Of a stretch of 64,000 nt of DNA, positions 31,748-41,779 are shown piece by piece. Each line of letters begins with the position of its first letter. Position 1 is the first letter of the stretch. The translations under genes were made by a program, and so were the position numbers. The stretch covers positions 416,001 to 480,000 of the forward strand of contig JBFPLN010000003.1 in assembly GCA_051971635.1 (NCBI GenBank). Reading direction: 5' to 3'. The notes beneath the pieces are model-generated. The model saw only the letters and a program-made list of their open reading frames with translations. It was not told the DNA's origin and did not search any database. This DNA comes from Candidatus Atelocyanobacterium thalassae. GTDB taxonomy: Bacteria > Cyanobacteriota > Cyanobacteriia > Cyanobacteriales > Microcystaceae.

Positions 31748-32725
31748 TTATTGAGTATAGGTTAACAATTCTTCTTGTACATCTTGCAGCATATTATTCA
31801 TAATATTTGCCTGTTCTAATTGCTTGTAATTAATAAAAATTGCATATGCTTCTTGACAATATTTTTGACAACTTTTTAAATTGTTTAAACCTCCCATCTT
31901 AGGGTGTTCAATATTGTCTGGCAAGTTAAACAAAACATTAGCTTTATTGGCAATAGTATTAGCATACTCTAAAGGTGTATCACTAGCTGTTCTAACTTTT
32001 AAAGCTTCGTCGTAAGCTTTTAAGGCTTTTAAATTATTTTCTACAGGATGAGAGGTAGGTAAATACTGTAATGTATTTGCTAAGTTATTCTGTAACATAG
32101 CGTATTCACTAGGATAATTAGTAATCGTAATCCACTTCAATGCTGATTGAAATGACTGTATCGCAACCCCATATCTAATTTTTTCTTTATTTGGCCCTAA
32201 GGGTAAAGATAAGTAAGCAACTGCAATATTATTTTGTAAAATAGCAAATTCTTGGGGATGATTTTTACCAGTAAATATTTTTGTTGCTTTGTAATACACT
32301 TGTATAGCCTCTTGAGTGCTAGCCTCGTTAAACTCCACTAAGTTTTGTAAAACAATCCCTAAATTCATTTGAGCTTCAGCAATTTCTAGAGGAGAAGCAT
32401 ATTTTTCTAAAATAGGCAAAGCATCTTGATAAGAGTTTTTTGCTTCTAACAATAATTCTTTTCCCTCATTAGGGATAGAACGTAGAGCTGTTCCTATTCC
32501 TGAAAGGCATCTAGCCTTAAGTAATGGTATATCATCAATGCTCAATTCTAGTCCTTTACGATAAAGGAAAATAGAGTCTTTAATTTCTTCAGCTGTTTTT
32601 GCTTGGCTCTGTAATCTAGTTGCTATTTCTATCAGCATTTCAATTTTTTCTGATGTTGTAGCTACTTCAGATTCAACAGCTTTTAAAGCAGCCTTAACGT
32701 TAGCATTACTAAAAGTAAGTGTCAC
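31748..32725 (-). CDS. TPR-repeat protein (resembles the Nostoc Alr0691 type)
   Basis: repeated AxxQNNLAxxL/Y helices (AEAQMNLG, AILQNNIA, AMLQNNLA, ANTIANKA); GTG start. Confidence 0.8.
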   Translation of the reverse strand: MTLTFSNANVKAALKAVESEVATTSEKIEMLIEIATRLQSQAKTAEEIKDSIFLYRKGLELSIDDIPLLKARCLSGIGTALRSIPNEGKELLLEAKNSYQDALPILEKYASPLEIAEAQMNLGIVLQNLVEFNEASTQEAIQVYYKATKIFTGKNHPQEFAILQNNIAVAYLSLPLGPNKEKIRYGVAIQSFQSALKWITITNYPSEYAMLQNNLANTLQYLPTSHPVENNLKALKAYDEALKVRTASDTPLEYANTIANKANVLFNLPDNIEHPKMGGLNNLKSCQKYCQEAYAIFINYKQLEQANIMNNMLQDVQEELLTYTQ

Positions 32726-33365
32726 AATATTGATAGTTAGTTATGTAAAATTAACAAAGAAATATGCACAAAAGTTAGCTTCTGTAATTAAACTTAAGCA
32801 TTTCACTGATGTTTAGTACTTCAAATATATTTGAAGATATATTATTATTGAATCAAAAATATTTTACTTTACTATACTTCCTTGGTATTTTTTAATAAAT
32901 TTACCTTAGTTGTTTTTTTTAGAGGAAGTTTTTTAAGACTATTACTATAAATTTTATGATTAGCTATTTAACTCTAATTTCTAAACTACTACGTAGTTAT
33001 GATACATTTCTATAACTTTTAGAAAATACTATTTTTGAACAATTTGTTTATTATCGTATTTATTGAAAAACAGTAATGTAGATGGAGATAAAATCTAAAA
33101 ATTGTGGGGTTTTAGTTTTAATCTATGTATTCCAATAAAGAAAAGCGAGATATTATTACCCGGCTTATTTATGATAAAAGATTATCTACTAGTAAACATA
33201 AGACTAGAAGAATGCTTAATTAAGAATTTTTTTACTGTCTAAAAAAATAAATATTAGCCGGGATGTTTTAAGTATATAGAATCTGAATAGTCATATCGTT
33301 ATTGGTATCAAGATAACAAGGAATGACAAGATGTTGATATCAATAGTACTTCACTGTCATTTGTC

Positions 33366-33581
33366 TCATAGAATTTCTAACTGATCTACACGCAACCAAA
33401 CACTAGGAGCTGGTGCTGAAAACTGAATCAAAGCATATTCATCGTTAAGATCTAATATCTCGCCTTTAGTCTGAAATAGATAGCTTGGAAAACGTTTATC
33501 ACTAGCTTTTCCTTCTAGACTATTTTCTAAACTTTCCTTAATTACGCGAACCAACATACCTTTCTTAATTTGAGCTGCCAT
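33366..33581 (-). CDS. ndhO: NDH-1 complex subunit O
   Basis: IKKGMLVRV...LENSLE.KASD.RFPSYLF.TKGEIL...VWLR.DQLE. Confidence 0.93.
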   Translation of the reverse strand: MAAQIKKGMLVRVIKESLENSLEGKASDKRFPSYLFQTKGEILDLNDEYALIQFSAPAPSVWLRVDQLEIL

Positions 33582-33977
33582 AATTAACTATTAACTTTAA
33601 AGTTCACTCTCCAACCTTTATTCTAACAAATAATGTGTGGTTAACAAATTATGAACGATTTTTATTTAATTGATAAGGACAAACTCAATTTAGAATACAT
33701 TCAATAAATTTGCTTACGAAAAATAAAATATTATATATGAGATAAGGTTACTTCTTTTGAACTCAATTTATACACTTTAAATAAAAGATTTTCTCTAAGT
33801 TTCCTAAAAGATTTTTTGTTGAGAATATAACCATAGTACTTTTTATTAGGATATAGGCTGATTAAAATTAGTTATTTTAGATTAAAAAAGAAAAATTAAT
33901 CATGAACTGTTACTATAATCATTAATCCTGATATTAATAGTTTTAGAGGAGAATTTTTTAAAAATTAACTAAGAACT

Positions 33978-35162
33978 ATGAAAATTACAAAGCTTTTACT
34001 TAAAATAAAAAATTGCTGCATCATACTTTTACTTACCATAATTTTTTGTTTTTCTGGTTTTTATAATTCAGTTTCTAAGGCTGAACCCATAACTCATGTA
34101 TCAGAAAAATCACCCAGCTATTATGACAACACTGGAGCGGATAACTTTATATCAGCTGCGGTTGTTCGTACTGGTCCAGCAGTAGTTCGTATTGACACTG
34201 AAACTGTTGTCACAAGACAACTTAATCCATTCTTTGATGATCCATTGTTTCGTGATTTTTTTGGGCAACAGTTAAGACCTCGTATTCCTCAGGAACGTAG
34301 AATTACAGGGCAAGGCTCAGGATTTATAATCGATGGAAGCGGTGTTATTTTAACAAATGCTCATGTAGTAAGTAACGCCGACAAAGTCACTGTAACTCTT
34401 AAGGATGGACGTACTTTTAATGGGAAGGTCAAAGGTACTGACGAGGTAACCGATTTAGCTGTAGTAGGTATTGATTCTCAAGGAAATAACTTACCTGTCG
34501 CAAAATTGGGAGATTCTAAAAAACTTCAAGTTGGTGATTGGGCTATTGCTGTAGGAAATCCTGTAGGCTTAGACAATACGGTTACATTAGGTATTATTAG
34601 TACCATTGGCCGTTCTGCAGCTCAAGCGGGTATTCCTGATAAACGTCTCGATTTTATTCAAACAGATGCTGCAATAAACCCTGGCAATTCTGGAGGACCT
34701 TTACTGAACAGGTTAGGAGAAGTAATTGGTATTAATACCGCAATTCGTGCTGACGCAATGGGTATTGGCTTTGCTATTCCAATTAATAAAGCGAAAACTT
34801 TACAAAAGGCTTTAGTATCTGGCCAACAAGTACCACATCCATATATTGGAGTGCAAATGGTTAATATTACCCCTGAAATTGCTAGAGAGAATAATAGAAA
34901 TCCAAATTCTCCAATTATTATTGCTGAAGTTGATGGAATTTTAGTTATTCAGGTAGTTCCTGATAGTCCAGCTGCAAAAGCGCGACTACGTCGTGGTGAC
35001 GTAATTGTAGCTGTTAATAATCAGCCAGTTAAAGATGGAGGAGATCTACAAAAAATTGTTGAAGATACTGGTATCAATACTAACTTAAAGCTTAAGTTAT
35101 ATCGTGGTGATCGTCTAATGGAATTGACGGTTAGAACTAAACAATTAAAAGGAACATCATAA
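33978..35162 (+). CDS. hhoA: HtrA/Deg family serine protease with one PDZ domain (HhoA-like)
   Basis: GSGFI, TNAHVV, DLAVV, QTDAAINPGNSGGPL, C-terminal PDZ. Confidence 0.88.
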   Translation: MKITKLLLKIKNCCIILLLTIIFCFSGFYNSVSKAEPITHVSEKSPSYYDNTGADNFISAAVVRTGPAVVRIDTETVVTRQLNPFFDDPLFRDFFGQQLRPRIPQERRITGQGSGFIIDGSGVILTNAHVVSNADKVTVTLKDGRTFNGKVKGTDEVTDLAVVGIDSQGNNLPVAKLGDSKKLQVGDWAIAVGNPVGLDNTVTLGIISTIGRSAAQAGIPDKRLDFIQTDAAINPGNSGGPLLNRLGEVIGINTAIRADAMGIGFAIPINKAKTLQKALVSGQQVPHPYIGVQMVNITPEIARENNRNPNSPIIIAEVDGILVIQVVPDSPAAKARLRRGDVIVAVNNQPVKDGGDLQKIVEDTGINTNLKLKLYRGDRLMELTVRTKQLKGTS

Positions 35163-35170
35163 CTAATTAT

Positions 35171-35207
35171 AGTAAATAGTTCATTTTCTAAGTAAGAACT
35201 ATTTACT
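35171..35207. terminator. hairpin between convergent hhoA and the DUF92 gene
   Basis: agtaaatagttc / gaactatttact perfect 12-bp arms. Confidence 0.55.
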
Positions 35208-35281
35208 TATTAAAATTTAGTATTTTTTATATAAAAAGTACATTGTTCTTTTGTTTAAGAATTAATTAATATTTATGTAAA

Positions 35282-36076
35282 TTACTTAAAGGTAATTAAA
35301 TTTGAAAATAAAGTTTTAAGTTGGAATAACTCAACTCCTAAAAAAGATAGAAAAAAGGCTATTAATGCACCAGTAGATGTATTTATAATATTGACTACAT
35401 CATTCGTCATCCAATCTATTTTATCCTGGAACATTGCTCCAATTAAGCTTTCTATATTTGTAGCAATAAACGCAGCAACTATACAATAAAAGACCTCAGT
35501 GAAGTTAATTAAGTTAATAAAAAAACTAATTAATGCAATGAATGCTGATGCCAAGAATCCTGCAACAGTTCCTTCAAAACTAATTGCTCCTTCTGTACCT
35601 GGAGATACTGGCTTTAAAGTAGTAATTAAAAAGGTATTTTTTCCATAAACTTTCCCCAGTTCAGAAGCTACTGTATCTGATAATTTAGTGCTAATACTTG
35701 CTACATATCCTAATATAAATAGTTTTGTATAGAAAGGATTACTGGATAAAGTTCCTACAGCACAAATCAGAGCAGTTAGTCCTGAACCCCACACATTTTC
35801 AGGTCCTCTTACTCCTGACCTTTTTTCAGCAATTCCTGCTTTTTTCTTTTCTGACATACCAACATATGTCATAGCTGATCCAATGATAAAATAAAATGCA
35901 ATGACACTATACCCTTGCCAACCCAAAAGCCACCAAATAGAAATTCCCAAAAACCAAGCGTTTAAATATCCTGGAAGAGTTAGTAATTTCTTAGGTGCAA
36001 CTATAGCTATGCTAAGCAATAAGGTATTCAGTATAATACCTGTAAACCAAGAGCTATCTGAATATAATATGATCAT
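35282..36076 (-). CDS. DUF92/TIGR00297 membrane protein (homolog of plant VTE6 phytyl-phosphate kinase)
   Basis: GIAEKRSGVRGPENVWGS, TKLSDTVASELGK.YG, PGTEGAISFEGT, ES.IGA. Confidence 0.88.
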   Translation of the reverse strand: MIILYSDSSWFTGIILNTLLLSIAIVAPKKLLTLPGYLNAWFLGISIWWLLGWQGYSVIAFYFIIGSAMTYVGMSEKKKAGIAEKRSGVRGPENVWGSGLTALICAVGTLSSNPFYTKLFILGYVASISTKLSDTVASELGKVYGKNTFLITTLKPVSPGTEGAISFEGTVAGFLASAFIALISFFINLINFTEVFYCIVAAFIATNIESLIGAMFQDKIDWMTNDVVNIINTSTGALIAFFLSFLGVELFQLKTLFSNLITFK

Positions 36077-36384
36077 TATTTGTAGTTCCTTAATTTCACC
36101 ATGAATACATAAACAAGCTAATTTATCTAATTTTTTAATTTCTAGTCTAATCGATAAGAAATGATTATGATAATCTGAACTCTCGAATTTACTGAGATTA
36201 TTAAATATTAGTATCCTGGTGATATATTAAGTTACGTAATTTATACTTCTACTTCGCAAAAATAGAAAACAATCTATAGATCTACTGAATAACAATATTT
36301 TTTGTAAAGATATTAAATAAGATAAAATATTATTAATATAAAGAGTTTGACAATCACCATAACCTTTAAAGGCTACTATAAATC

Positions 36385-36741
36385 ATGACACAAGTAAATC
36401 AAAACCAATCTAAAGGAATAAACATGACACAAGCTGCTCTTGAACATGTTTTGAAATTAAGGGAAAAGCAAAACAAAGATCTCTGCTTACGTGTTGGAGT
36501 TCGACAAGGAGGATGTTCTGGAATGTCTTATATGATGGAATTTGAAAATCCTGAAAGTATAGAAGAACAAGATAAAATATTTGACTATGATGGTTTCCAA
36601 CTTATATGTGATCCTAAAAGTTTTCTTTATCTTTATGGATTAGTTCTTGATTATAGCGATGCTATGATCGGTGGTGGATTCGAATTTACAAACCCTAATG
36701 CTAATCAAACTTGTGGATGTGGAAAATCCTTTGGTGTTTAG
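36385..36741 (+). CDS. A-type Fe-S carrier (IscA/SufA/HesB family)
   Basis: GVRQGGCSGMSY and NPNANQTCGCGKSF. Confidence 0.95.
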   Translation: MTQVNQNQSKGINMTQAALEHVLKLREKQNKDLCLRVGVRQGGCSGMSYMMEFENPESIEEQDKIFDYDGFQLICDPKSFLYLYGLVLDYSDAMIGGGFEFTNPNANQTCGCGKSFGV

Positions 36742-36764
36742 GCCTTACTGCAAAACATATATTT

Positions 36765-36791
36765 GAAGCGAGCTATTCTTTGCTTCTTTTT
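36765..36791 (+). terminator. possible intrinsic terminator after the IscA/SufA gene
   Basis: gaagcga / ttgcttc stem followed by a T-run. Confidence 0.45.
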
Positions 36792-36822
36792 ATTAATTAA
36801 TAAGATTCAATAAAACCAAAAA

Positions 36823-37248
36823 ATGACAGATTCATCTAAGACTGATTTTGAAGAAGGGTTGAAAAGATACAAAAACGGAGAAAGACCCGAAGAACTAATT
36901 ACTCATTTTAAGAAAATTTGTGATGATTTTCCTAAGTATGCAGTAGCTTGGACTTGCCTAGCTTGGTTATATCTACTTGCTGATAAGCCATGCCAAGCCC
37001 TAAAAGCTGCTAAAAAAAGTGTTAAAATCGATAGTAAATCTCCTCAAGGTCGTATTAATCTTGCCCTGGCAATGTTAGAGTGTGATGAGAAAGGCGTTCG
37101 TTCTCATATCGAAGCGGCAGAGCAAGTAATGACTTTAGATCAAGAAACTTATCAGGAAGTTTTAGAGAATATAGAGGATGGCTTAAATCGAAAACCTAAC
37201 TGGAAGAATCTTAAAAGTATTCAGAAATGGTTATCATTATCTAGTTAA
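36823..37248 (+). CDS. small TPR protein, conserved in cyanobacteria
   Basis: AWTCLAWLYLL...ALKAAKKSVK...PQGRINLALA. Confidence 0.8.
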   Translation: MTDSSKTDFEEGLKRYKNGERPEELITHFKKICDDFPKYAVAWTCLAWLYLLADKPCQALKAAKKSVKIDSKSPQGRINLALAMLECDEKGVRSHIEAAEQVMTLDQETYQEVLENIEDGLNRKPNWKNLKSIQKWLSLSS

Positions 37249-37347
37249 CTAGAAATAAGCTATAGACAATATTTATAAAGTACCGCCGATATACTGTGTT
37301 TTATATGATTAAAAATCAAGGTAATTCATTGAAAAAAAGTTTTTGAC

Positions 37348-37377
37348 TTGTTAAAAAAGTATAAAACGCAGTATAAT
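37348..37377 (+). promoter_or_regulatory. putative sigma70 promoter of tRNA-Leu
   Basis: TTGTTA-18 bp-TATAAT, ending 16 nt upstream of the tRNA. Confidence 0.45.
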
Positions 37378-37393
37378 ATCGGATGAACTTTAT

Positions 37394-37475
37394 GGGCGGA
37401 TGGCGAAATTGGTAGACGCACCACACTCAAAATGTGGCGACTTCGGTTGTGGGGGTTCGAGTCCCCCTCTGCCCA
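37394..37475 (+). tRNA. tRNA-Leu(CAA)
   Basis: GGGCGGA-TGGCGAAATTGGTAGACGC-A-CCACA CT CAA AA TGTGG, long variable arm, GTTCGAGTC, TCTGCCC-A. Confidence 0.97.
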
Positions 37476-37848
37476 CTAAATAAGGAATCTATAGTATCTG
37501 ATTTTATCCATGGTAAATAGCTTGTTGCTTTTTTACTGAGTTAGTATTTAAATGGAGATGAATACTAAATCTAATTTAGATACTACTTGATTAACTATTT
37601 TTTATGAATAAAGCATAGAAACATATTAATTACAAATATAATAAAATTATAGTTATGTTATGAACCAATCTTTATTTGCTCATAACAACTATATTAATTT
37701 CTATAATTGGCAATTAATTAACAACTTTTTGTACAATTAAATTTCACAACTTATTCTAAATTTTTTTAGTGGTTTGTAATAAAACACAATCTTGGATTAA
37801 AACTAAATCTTAGACTATTCAATTGCAGCCGACTATCAGGTAGATTCA

Positions 37849-38655
37849 GTGGACTTGACTCAAATTTTTAACACAACAAATCCAATTATTGGCGTTGTTC
37901 ACCTGTTGCCTCTGCCCACATCAGCGCGATGGGGAGGTAGTTTAACTGCAGTGATTGAACGAGCCGAACAAGAAGCTACTGCTCTCGCAGCGGGAGGAGT
38001 ACATGGTATTATTCTTGAGAATTTTTTTGACACTCCTTTTACGAAAAATAAAGTCGATCCAGCAGTGATAAGTGCTATGACTTTAATTGTTGATCGCATT
38101 AAAAATTTGGTTGTTATTCCTGTTGGTATTAATTTATTGCGGAATGATTCTATTGGGGCTATGGCTATTGCTTCAACAATGGATGCTCAATTTATCCGTG
38201 TTAATGCTTTAACAGGTATTATGACCACAGATCAAGGCTTTATCGAAGGTAATGCTCATCAATTGTTGAGATATAGAAAGGAATTAGGAGCAAATGTAGT
38301 TATCTTGGCAGATGTTTTAGTTAAGCATGCTCGCCCATTAGATACTATAAATTTAACAGATGCGGTAAGAGATACTGTAGAGAAAGGGCTTGCGGACGGT
38401 ATCATTTTATCGGGTTGGTCTGAAGACAGTCCTCCTAGTATTGACGATTTAAAATTAGCCACTACAGTCGCAGAAGGAATACCAATTTTTGTAGGTAGTG
38501 GAGCTAATTCAAACAACATTGGTAAGTTAATGAATGTAGCCAATGGTGTAATTGTGGCGAGATCACTAAAACGTTATGGGAAAATTAGTGACCCTATTGA
38601 TCCAATTCGTGTAGCTCAATTTATTGAAGCAACTAAAAGAAATATTGGCTCTTAG
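37849..38655 (+). CDS. btpA: photosystem I biogenesis protein BtpA
   Basis: PIIGVVHLLPLPTSARWGG, ENFFD.PF, GINLLRND, ADVLVKH; GTG start. Confidence 0.93.
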   Translation: MDLTQIFNTTNPIIGVVHLLPLPTSARWGGSLTAVIERAEQEATALAAGGVHGIILENFFDTPFTKNKVDPAVISAMTLIVDRIKNLVVIPVGINLLRNDSIGAMAIASTMDAQFIRVNALTGIMTTDQGFIEGNAHQLLRYRKELGANVVILADVLVKHARPLDTINLTDAVRDTVEKGLADGIILSGWSEDSPPSIDDLKLATTVAEGIPIFVGSGANSNNIGKLMNVANGVIVARSLKRYGKISDPIDPIRVAQFIEATKRNIGS

Positions 38656-38742
38656 GAAAAACTAGATTATAGTAGTTCCTACGGTTAAGGTGATAAAAAC
38701 CTTCCTGAAATTCAGAATAATTATATTTTAGTAAAAATCACT

Positions 38743-39723
38743 ATGATGTATAAACGTTCTACCCCAACAATATATCGTTGGTCACGATATATTGTTGGTA
38801 TGATTGCAATATCTGGTACGATTTTAACGGCTTATTTAACTATAACAAAGCTGACCGGAACAAATATATATTGTGGCGTTAATGATGCTCAAATTTTAGA
38901 GACAAGTTGCAAAAATGTTCTTAATAGTCGTTATGCTACAGTATTCAATTTGCCTTTAAGCCTGTTTGGAACTTTAGCTTATACCAGCATGGCTATTGCT
39001 TCTCTCGGTCCATTATTATTAAAGCCTGAAAAAAATAAAAGCTTTATAGCAAAAATTGATGAGTGGACATGGCAGTTTCTTCTAATAGGAGGAACTGCCA
39101 TGGCAGTATTTAGTAGCTATCTAATGTATATTTTATCTACAGAACTATACTCAACTTGTTACTATTGTTTAGGTTCTTTTGCCTTTTCTGTTAGTTTAAT
39201 GATTTTCAGTATTTTAGGTAAAGAGTGGGAAGATTTAGGCCAAACTTTGTTCGTTTCTATTATTGTCATAATAGTTACTTTAGTCGGAATTCTAGCAATA
39301 TATGCTGATGTTGAAGAACCATTAATTGATGGCCGTATTACTATTAAGCAAGCAAAAACAGTACCACATCCTCCCAATGGATGGCCAATAACTTCTAAAT
39401 CAGGAGAAGCAGAAATTAGGTTGGCAGAACATTTAACTTCTGTTGGAGCTAAAATGTATGGTGCATTTTGGTGTCCTCATTGTCATGATCAGAAACAACT
39501 ATTTGGCTCAGTAGCATTTCAAAAAATTAATTATATTGAATGCGATCCCAGAGGAAAAAATCCTCAACCTAATATTTGTATTTCCTCAAACATAAAGTCT
39601 TACCCTTCATGGGAAATCAATGAGGAACAATTATCAGGAGCTCAATCTCTTGATGATTTGGCAAAAAAATCTAATTACAAAGATTCTGTCGACTTTAAAT
39701 ATATAATTCCTGAACACAAATAA
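38743..39723 (+). CDS. VKOR-thioredoxin fusion (SynDsbAB/LTO1-like disulfide-forming enzyme)
   Basis: loop cysteines (C..SCKNVLNS), CYYC in the membrane domain, YGAFWCPHC Trx-like domain. Confidence 0.92.
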   Translation: MMYKRSTPTIYRWSRYIVGMIAISGTILTAYLTITKLTGTNIYCGVNDAQILETSCKNVLNSRYATVFNLPLSLFGTLAYTSMAIASLGPLLLKPEKNKSFIAKIDEWTWQFLLIGGTAMAVFSSYLMYILSTELYSTCYYCLGSFAFSVSLMIFSILGKEWEDLGQTLFVSIIVIIVTLVGILAIYADVEEPLIDGRITIKQAKTVPHPPNGWPITSKSGEAEIRLAEHLTSVGAKMYGAFWCPHCHDQKQLFGSVAFQKINYIECDPRGKNPQPNICISSNIKSYPSWEINEEQLSGAQSLDDLAKKSNYKDSVDFKYIIPEHK

Positions 39724-39781
39724 ATGTAAATAAAAGCTGAGCAATAAATTCTATTTATTGCTCAGCTTTTATTTACATTTA
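39721..39781. terminator. perfect 29-bp inverted repeat, probable bidirectional terminator between the VKOR gene and holA
   Basis: taaatgtaaataaaagctgagcaataaat-tct-atttattgctcagcttttatttacattta. Confidence 0.85.
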
Positions 39782-39911
39782 TACTTAAGATATCTTTAAA
39801 AAATGAAATAGGATAAATAGAAGATAACTATGTTTTATTTTAAAAATGTCTATTTTAAGTAAAATATATTAGTTTAATAGATTACTAACCAACTCAGCCT
39901 TAGTTAAGAGA

Positions 39912-40892
39912 CTAAGAAAATAAAATACATAATTCTAATATTTTATGTTTTAATATTTCTTCCGGATTATATCCTTTTTTTAAGTTATTTTCTAACTCTA
40001 ATAAGATAGAAAAGGTTTTCAATAAATCTTCACTTTTAATATTTCTAATCTCTTTTCTTAAAAAAAACAAACGATTAGGGTTTGATATGTCAGCAGCCTT
40101 AGCTATTGCTTTATTATCATCTTCTCCTGTCTCGAGTTTAAGCTTAACAATAGCCCAAGTTCTAAACTGTCCTACTAAAGTTGTTACTATTTTTAGAGGA
40201 TGCTCATTATAAGACAATAATTTTACGATTATCTTTAATGCTTGTTCTTTATTACCCTCAGATATTACTTTGGCTAATCGTAGGCTACTATAAGTATTAA
40301 TATTTACTACAGAAGAAACTATATCTTCATCTATAGGCCCTTCTTTATCATAATTATAGAGACTTAACTTCTCTAATTCATTCCATAATAATCGAGTATC
40401 ATTTCCTATTGATTCTACTAATAAATTTAACGCCAATGGGGATAAAATGACTCCTATTTCGTAAGAAAATTCTTGAGCTTTAGCAATTAATTCATCTGTT
40501 TTCCAAGAAGGAATTAAACTAAACTCACGTATGTTTGCGTATTTTTCAAAAAGTTTTGTCGATTTTAATTTTCTATTTGGCTTTTTATTAGACGTTAATA
40601 CAAGACTAGAATGATTAGGAATAGCTGGTACAAGACGTTCTATTTCAAAGATAACATCGTCTGAGCACTGTTGGAAAATAGAAGATTCCTCAAGCCATAT
40701 AAATTTTCCTCCTACTCCAAAAGGAGGAGTCATAACTTGATTTAGAACTTCCAATATAGAATAACTATTTTCCTCGCGCACTTTACTATAATTAAATTGC
40801 ACCCAGTCAGGATCAACAATTTCTTTTTTTAATTTTTGAATATTCTGGATAATTCTAAAATCATCTTCACCCCAAAAAAAATAAATTCCCAT
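39912..40892 (-). CDS. holA: DNA polymerase III delta subunit
   Basis: IYFFWGEDDF, TPPFG.G, GNDTRLLWNELEKL, E.PLKIV.TLVGQFRTW. Confidence 0.93.
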   Translation of the reverse strand: MGIYFFWGEDDFRIIQNIQKLKKEIVDPDWVQFNYSKVREENSYSILEVLNQVMTPPFGVGGKFIWLEESSIFQQCSDDVIFEIERLVPAIPNHSSLVLTSNKKPNRKLKSTKLFEKYANIREFSLIPSWKTDELIAKAQEFSYEIGVILSPLALNLLVESIGNDTRLLWNELEKLSLYNYDKEGPIDEDIVSSVVNINTYSSLRLAKVISEGNKEQALKIIVKLLSYNEHPLKIVTTLVGQFRTWAIVKLKLETGEDDNKAIAKAADISNPNRLFFLRKEIRNIKSEDLLKTFSILLELENNLKKGYNPEEILKHKILELCILFS

Positions 40893-41156
40893 GCTAGGAC
40901 GCTAAGATTATTTTATGGACTCTTGTATCATAGCTTTAATAGATAACATATATTAAGGCTATCCTATATACAAAAAATAATCTTTAATTTGTTTTTTTAG
41001 AAAATTGCTATGTATTTAGAGTTAATAATTCAAAAAGAGAAGATTAAGATACTATAAAAGTTGAATAGCTTTTAAAAAATCATTCTATCAATTGTGCTAG
41101 GTATATTTTCTAGCGAAGTAAAGTAAAATAAATTAATATCTTTTAGTTTCATCATA

Positions 41157-41738
41157 ATGATTATAGAAAAATATTTACTGTCATCAACGTATAACTTAGG
41201 AATAGTTTTTGCTATGAATGATATTTTTTCTACTCAAGGAATTATGGTTATGTTATTGGTAGCTTATGGCTTCGCTATGTGGACTTTCCTTACGAACGCA
41301 CCTAAGGTTTATACAGTGATGGTATCCGATATCAAAATTGCGCAGAAGTTTTATGAAGGTTTGTTAAAATTAAACGCAGCAGATATTCCATTACATTACT
41401 ATTATACACCTGAAAAAAATCTAGGTACTTTAGCCACAGTAGATCCTTTACATATGTCAATGAATTATACAAATACGAGTAATATTAGTTTAGATACAAA
41501 ACATGGATTATGGTATCAACTTAAAAACAATACTCAACTTCATATAATAAGCGGAGCAAGTTACGGACATAATCATCGTCAGCGTCATGTATGTTTTGAA
41601 AATCGTTGTTTAGAAACCATTCTACTCAAGATCCAAGCAAAAAGATTAAAATATAGGATGCGTTCTAAACAACCTCTTAATTTTTTAGTCAAAGATATTG
41701 ATGAAAGAATTATTGAAATGGTAGAAGTTAAGAACTAG
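41157..41738 (+). CDS. glyoxalase/VOC-like domain protein with N-terminal TM
   Basis: VMVSDI..AQKFYEGLL, GLWYQL..NTQLHII, RHVCF. Confidence 0.75.
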   Translation: MIIEKYLLSSTYNLGIVFAMNDIFSTQGIMVMLLVAYGFAMWTFLTNAPKVYTVMVSDIKIAQKFYEGLLKLNAADIPLHYYYTPEKNLGTLATVDPLHMSMNYTNTSNISLDTKHGLWYQLKNNTQLHIISGASYGHNHRQRHVCFENRCLETILLKIQAKRLKYRMRSKQPLNFLVKDIDERIIEMVEVKN

Positions 41739-41779
41739 TTTCTATAGAAAAAGTATTTTTTAATACAAGTTATATTGTT

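Noticed and set aside
32993..33005. NtcA-like GTA...TAC sites (also ~50611 and ~50891)
   Set aside because: Spacing is N7 rather than the required N8
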